64,000 bases of DNA from the human T2T-CHM13v2.0 reference genome, Homo sapiens, in assembly GCF_009914755.1 (NCBI RefSeq), contig NC_060945.1. One strand, written 5' to 3'. A program made the translations under genes and the position numbers. The notes under the pieces were generated by a model, which did not search any database, was not told the DNA's origin, and saw only the letters and a list, made by a program, of their open reading frames with translations. Below, one piece after another: positions 59,279-64,000 of this stretch. Each line of letters starts with the position of its first letter. Within the stretch, counting starts at the first letter, position 1.

Positions 59279-60729
59279 TAAATTTTGTTTTTAAGAGAAG
59301 TTACTATTTATTCCTAATTAGATGGAGGGGAAAGTTTTTGAAGAGGAATCTTTGCTTTTTACAGGTATAATACTCTTGAATTTAGCTAATATGTTTGCAT
59401 AGAGACCCTCTTCTGCAAGATTAACTTCCACAATTCTTCCACTTCTTCTTCGAACCTTCAGCTTCTTCCTAATTTAACTCAAAACAATCTTTAAACCCTA
59501 GGTAAAGGTTTACATTTCCATGTCTTCTTATAACTTTTCACCAAAAAACCACATTTTACTGTTCTTACACACCTTGCTTGTAAATCTATTTCTAGTAGTT
59601 TCAATTAACTCCTAGCAATTTTTAACTTTAAGGTAAAACTTGGTAACTTGCTTTAATTGTGTGCTAAGTGCAGCCAAGGTTTGACTCCAGCATAATTAAG
59701 GGCATAGCTAATTCCATGTCCTCAGTCCCTACCAGTTGTGAAGCTGACAAGTCAAATAGTTCTCAAAACCCCAAAAGCAGTTTGTAACCTCAAAACAGTT
59801 AGCAAACCTTGCATCTGACCTGCATTTTACCAATAGTCTTTAGGGCTGTTTTTATTTCTTAATGATTAAAGTCACGTGAACTGAAAGGTACCACAGCTTT
59901 TAACTTCCCTTTAAAAAATATTAGATCCAAGTGCTTGTCTTTCTTTAGACTAAATTAGTTAGAACTCTTTTTCCAGGCATCACACACAGTACAGGCAAAA
60001 GAGAACCCAGTCGCTGGGTGGGAACCTTTAAGAGACAGGGCTAAGAAAACATGGAGGTATCAAATCTGAGAGGGCTGTTCCCCTCAGGCAGGGTTGCTAA
60101 ACAAAGCCTTGCCAAGCAATTACCAGCCATGCCCCCAGGGTGTAAAGCAAGATGGAAGCTTGCAACATAAACCATGCAGACAAGCAAAGCACACCAGATT
60201 GACCACAGCCCAAGACTAGCCCCACAAATCCTTTTTCACAATTAAAACTTTACAGAAAATACAAACAGTTGTAGTTGCAGGGAGCCTGGACTAGTAAAGT
60301 GTCTTCTAAAAGAAAAAAAAACTTTAAAGGTTAACTTTTTGACCAGGTAGATAAGGGGAAAGAAAAAAAAACAGTTTAAAAATGCCTGGGGAAGAACTTC
60401 TTATTCTTATGCAAGTGGTTCCTCCACCGGGAAGAGAAGTTTAAGCTTAATTACTGTCCAATAGAGTTAAACACCTTGACCATGGATGGAGAAGGCTACG
60501 GCAGCAGCATGTGGCTGGGAACCAGCCAGCCAGCTGTGCAGGACTCTTGGGCCATACTTCCCAGCCCTGGCAGGGCGGGGAGATGCTGCTCTGTGGTGGG
60601 TCCTGAAAAAGGAAGGAAAAGGCCATGAAAAGGCCCAGGAGTGATGGGAAAGAGGGGATGGGGGTGTGGAAAAGGCTTAGAAGCAGCAATGAGAGGTTTT
60701 GAGTCCCCGTTTCACTCACTGCTTCTCGA

Positions 60730-60747
60730 GCCCCATGTTGGGCGCCA
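60730..60747 (-). other. Retroviral primer-binding site complementary to tRNA-Lys(CUU)
   Basis: Minus strand TGGCGCCCAACATGGGGC, 17/18 to the Lys1,2 PBS TGGCGCCCAACGTGGGGC, 4 nt from the LTR end. Confidence 0.85.
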
Positions 60748-60751
60748 AAAA

Positions 60752-61069
60752 TGTTGCAGGACTTTTCTTTAGTTCAGCTAAAGGTGGGGTTCTTTGAAAA
60801 TTCAGGCTCGCAGACAATTTGAATGGTGAGTGAGACAGGATTTTATTGAGTGAAAAGGAAGCAAAGGGGGAAACAGGGACTCTTATTAGGCCAGGGTCCC
60901 TGCTAGAGTGTTTCTCCCCCACAGCTCAAATGCCAGGCTCCATGCAGGAAGAGGAGGGGCCAAGCTCAGGCTCTCCCTGCTGCAAACGTCTTGAACTTCC
61001 TGAGGCTGCACCTCAGTGGGGAGGCTAGTTGGAGTTTCTCCAGGGACCCCTTCCCACCTGGCTGTCTCA
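60752..61069 (-). mobile_element. MER61-family 5' LTR (ERV1)
   Basis: Minus strand TGAGACAGCCAGGTGGGAAGGGGTCCC...AATAAAA...AGCTGAACTAAAGAAAAGTCCTGCAACA. Confidence 0.85.
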
Positions 61070-61299
61070 TCATCAGGTGACCCCTCTTCTCATCCCAAAG
61101 CACTGAGCTTTTGTCTATAAATTACAAATTTTATCAGGAATTCCAGCAACATATTGAAACTAAAAATAAAAACAAACCATTGGGGGTATTTTTAAAACTT
61201 CAAATCAAGTAATCTATTTATACCAAAAATGTCATCATCATTATAATACTCATTTGTTTGTTATAGTTATTATTTTATCTACTGCATGATAACCTTAAA

Positions 61300-61420
61300 A
61301 AGTAGTTGTGATCACTCCCATTTTCAGATGAGGAAACTGGGGTTTGAAGAAGCACAATGCTTTTTGAAAATCCCCCCCAGCTCTTGTGTCTCCAAAGCCT
61401 GGCCTTCCTCACTATCTTAC
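61300..61420. mobile_element. MIR fragment
   Basis: cccattttcagatgaggaaactgggg. Confidence 0.65.
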
Positions 61421-62125
61421 AGTCTGCCTTCTGACAGTTTCTGAAATCTGCAAGGCTCACCATGTAGCTGGTGCCACAGTGGCATTTTCAGAGGGGTGCT
61501 GCTTCCTGCAGAATGCACTTGACGTCGGGTAGCACAGCAGGGTGCGGTAATGGTGACAAGAATCAGCTGCAGTGTGGTTTCGATGTTTTCCAACAAACAT
61601 TCCTCCAAGTGTGGGAGCAGGGAGCACAGGCCATGCCACCATCTCCAGTGGGTACAGTTCTACTTGGTAATTAGATAAAAGATTTGGGCAGACATGGTTT
61701 TGCATCTGCACCCCATAATGAATGTGGGGGCAGTTCTGAATTCAGGGACAGGAGGAAACCATAATATATTCATTCATTGTAATTACTTGGGGGTAGTTCT
61801 TGCAGGTAGTTCTTTTGCTAACCCCCACGGTACAGGCTGGGTCCGAGGCAAGCTTCCTGGGCCTGTGGGTAGAGTTCTAGTTCGGTTTCAGGAGCAAAAT
61901 CACTCTGGGTAACTCCTATCTTTATGCTGGTGGCTCCTTCCAGTTCCCAGTCTGGCCTGCTCTTCTTGTGTGGACCCAGAACCCCAGCTCAGCTGGTTAA
62001 ACCTATATTTGACTTTGCTGGGCCTTGGACTGTTTATGAGACTTTAGCTATGGCTCACTGATCTGTGTTATCCCTTTATTTCTGGGCTTTCTGTTTGGTT
62101 TTGAGCTCAGTTAGGTAATAGAATT

Positions 62126-62127
<2 letters not shown>

Positions 62128-62160
<33 letters not shown>

Positions 62161-62434
62161 CAAGGTCTTGCTCTGTTGCTTAGGGTGGAGTGCAGTGGCA
62201 CAATCATGGCTTACTGCAGCCTTGACCTCCTGGACTCAGGTGATCCTTCCACCTCAGCCTCCTGAGTAGCTAGGACTACAGACACCGGCTACCATGCCTG
62301 ACTAATTTGTTTTTATTTTTTGGTAGAGACGAGTTCTCACTATGTTGCCCAGGCTGGTCTCAAACTCCTGGACTCAGGTGATCCTCTGCCTCCTGAAGGG
62401 CTGGGATTACAGTCATGAGCCATCGCACCTGGCC
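62128..62434 (-). mobile_element. AluJ element with a ~30-nt poly(T)
   Basis: Antisense dimer. Confidence 0.92.
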
Positions 62435-63246
62435 TGTAACACAATTCTTGTGTTTCATTCTCTTTCTCTGGTGGCTGGATTTTGGGAATTTCACCAGATT
62501 ATGCCCAAGTGGGATTCTCTTTTTTGCTTTTCAAATTATTATTATTATACTTGCTTGGTACTTATAGTTTACATTCTGGTCCCCAAATTGGTTTTTATTC
62601 AGTTAAGGAGCATTTTCTTCTATTTGTTTGTTAAGTTTGTTTCTTCTTATCTTTCCCTGCCTTTTTTTCAGGAATGCCTGATATTCAATACTCAATAGTC
62701 AATATTCTCACAGTAGCTGATATTCTCGAAGCTGTATTCCTGTCTCTTATATTTTTATTTATGATTTTCACTTCACTGAATTTTTGCTCCATGTTCTGAG
62801 ACAGTTTCTCTTTGATCATTCAGATCAGATTGTTTATGGGTACCATCAGGAGATGGGTTAAGGCTGAAGGATGGATGGAACTCTGCATTTTTCATGCTCA
62901 TTGTTCAGGGATGGTTTACATCTGGATGGCAACAGGATCCCAAATCCCTTGTTGGGGATGCTACTTTGGTAAGGGTGCAGCTTCATACTCTGAGTCTGAC
63001 CCCAGATGGCATTTCCAATCTGATGGATCCCAGGATGAATTTAGCTTCTAGAGGCAGTAGCAGTACGGACGGTTTTGAAGTTGAGTTTATCCTTTGACCC
63101 TCTTGGTTATTTGTTGGACTCAGTTCTCTCTGCTGCTTAAAGGACCCCCATTTGCTCATCACCCTGCAGCCTGTTCTGGTTATTGTCACTGTTTGTCTCT
63201 GGGTCAACTTCCTCACAAGCCTGTGAGTTCCATCCACCTTTGCACC

Positions 63247-64000
<754 letters not shown>

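Overview
This is primate, almost certainly human, genomic DNA. It is dense in Alu, L1, L2, MIR, ERV and MER repeats and matches the SLC5A3/MRPS6 locus (21q22, assigned from recall of the MRPS6 protein, not a search). The window opens in the last ~335 nt of a long AT-rich terminal exon, most likely the SLC5A3 3'UTR nested in MRPS6 intron 1. It contains MRPS6 coding exons 2 (19417-19556) and 3 (36484-36676) with 3'UTR and poly(A) signals, followed by ~27 kb of non-coding, repeat-rich DNA. MRPS6 intron 2 holds an antisense RPS5 processed pseudogene and a 5'-inverted (twin-primed) L1PA3-like insertion. Solo LTRs (LTR22-like, MER9, MSTA) and a deleted MER61-type ERV1 provirus with a tRNA-Lys PBS are also present. 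Nearly all six-frame ORFs are repeat-derived or chance. I found no convincing new gene or previously undescribed system. The best leads are regulatory and retroelement-mechanistic: an atypical MRPS6 exon-2 acceptor that may compete with the SLC5A3 poly(A) route; a 5' splice site regenerated at the exon 2/3 junction; a TFAP2-RFX-ETS motif cassette and paired NF-kB/NFAT5 palindromes in intron 2; a triple target-site duplication; and a micro-inverted LTR end. Repeat subfamily names come from remembered consensus sequences and should be confirmed with RepeatMasker/Dfam.
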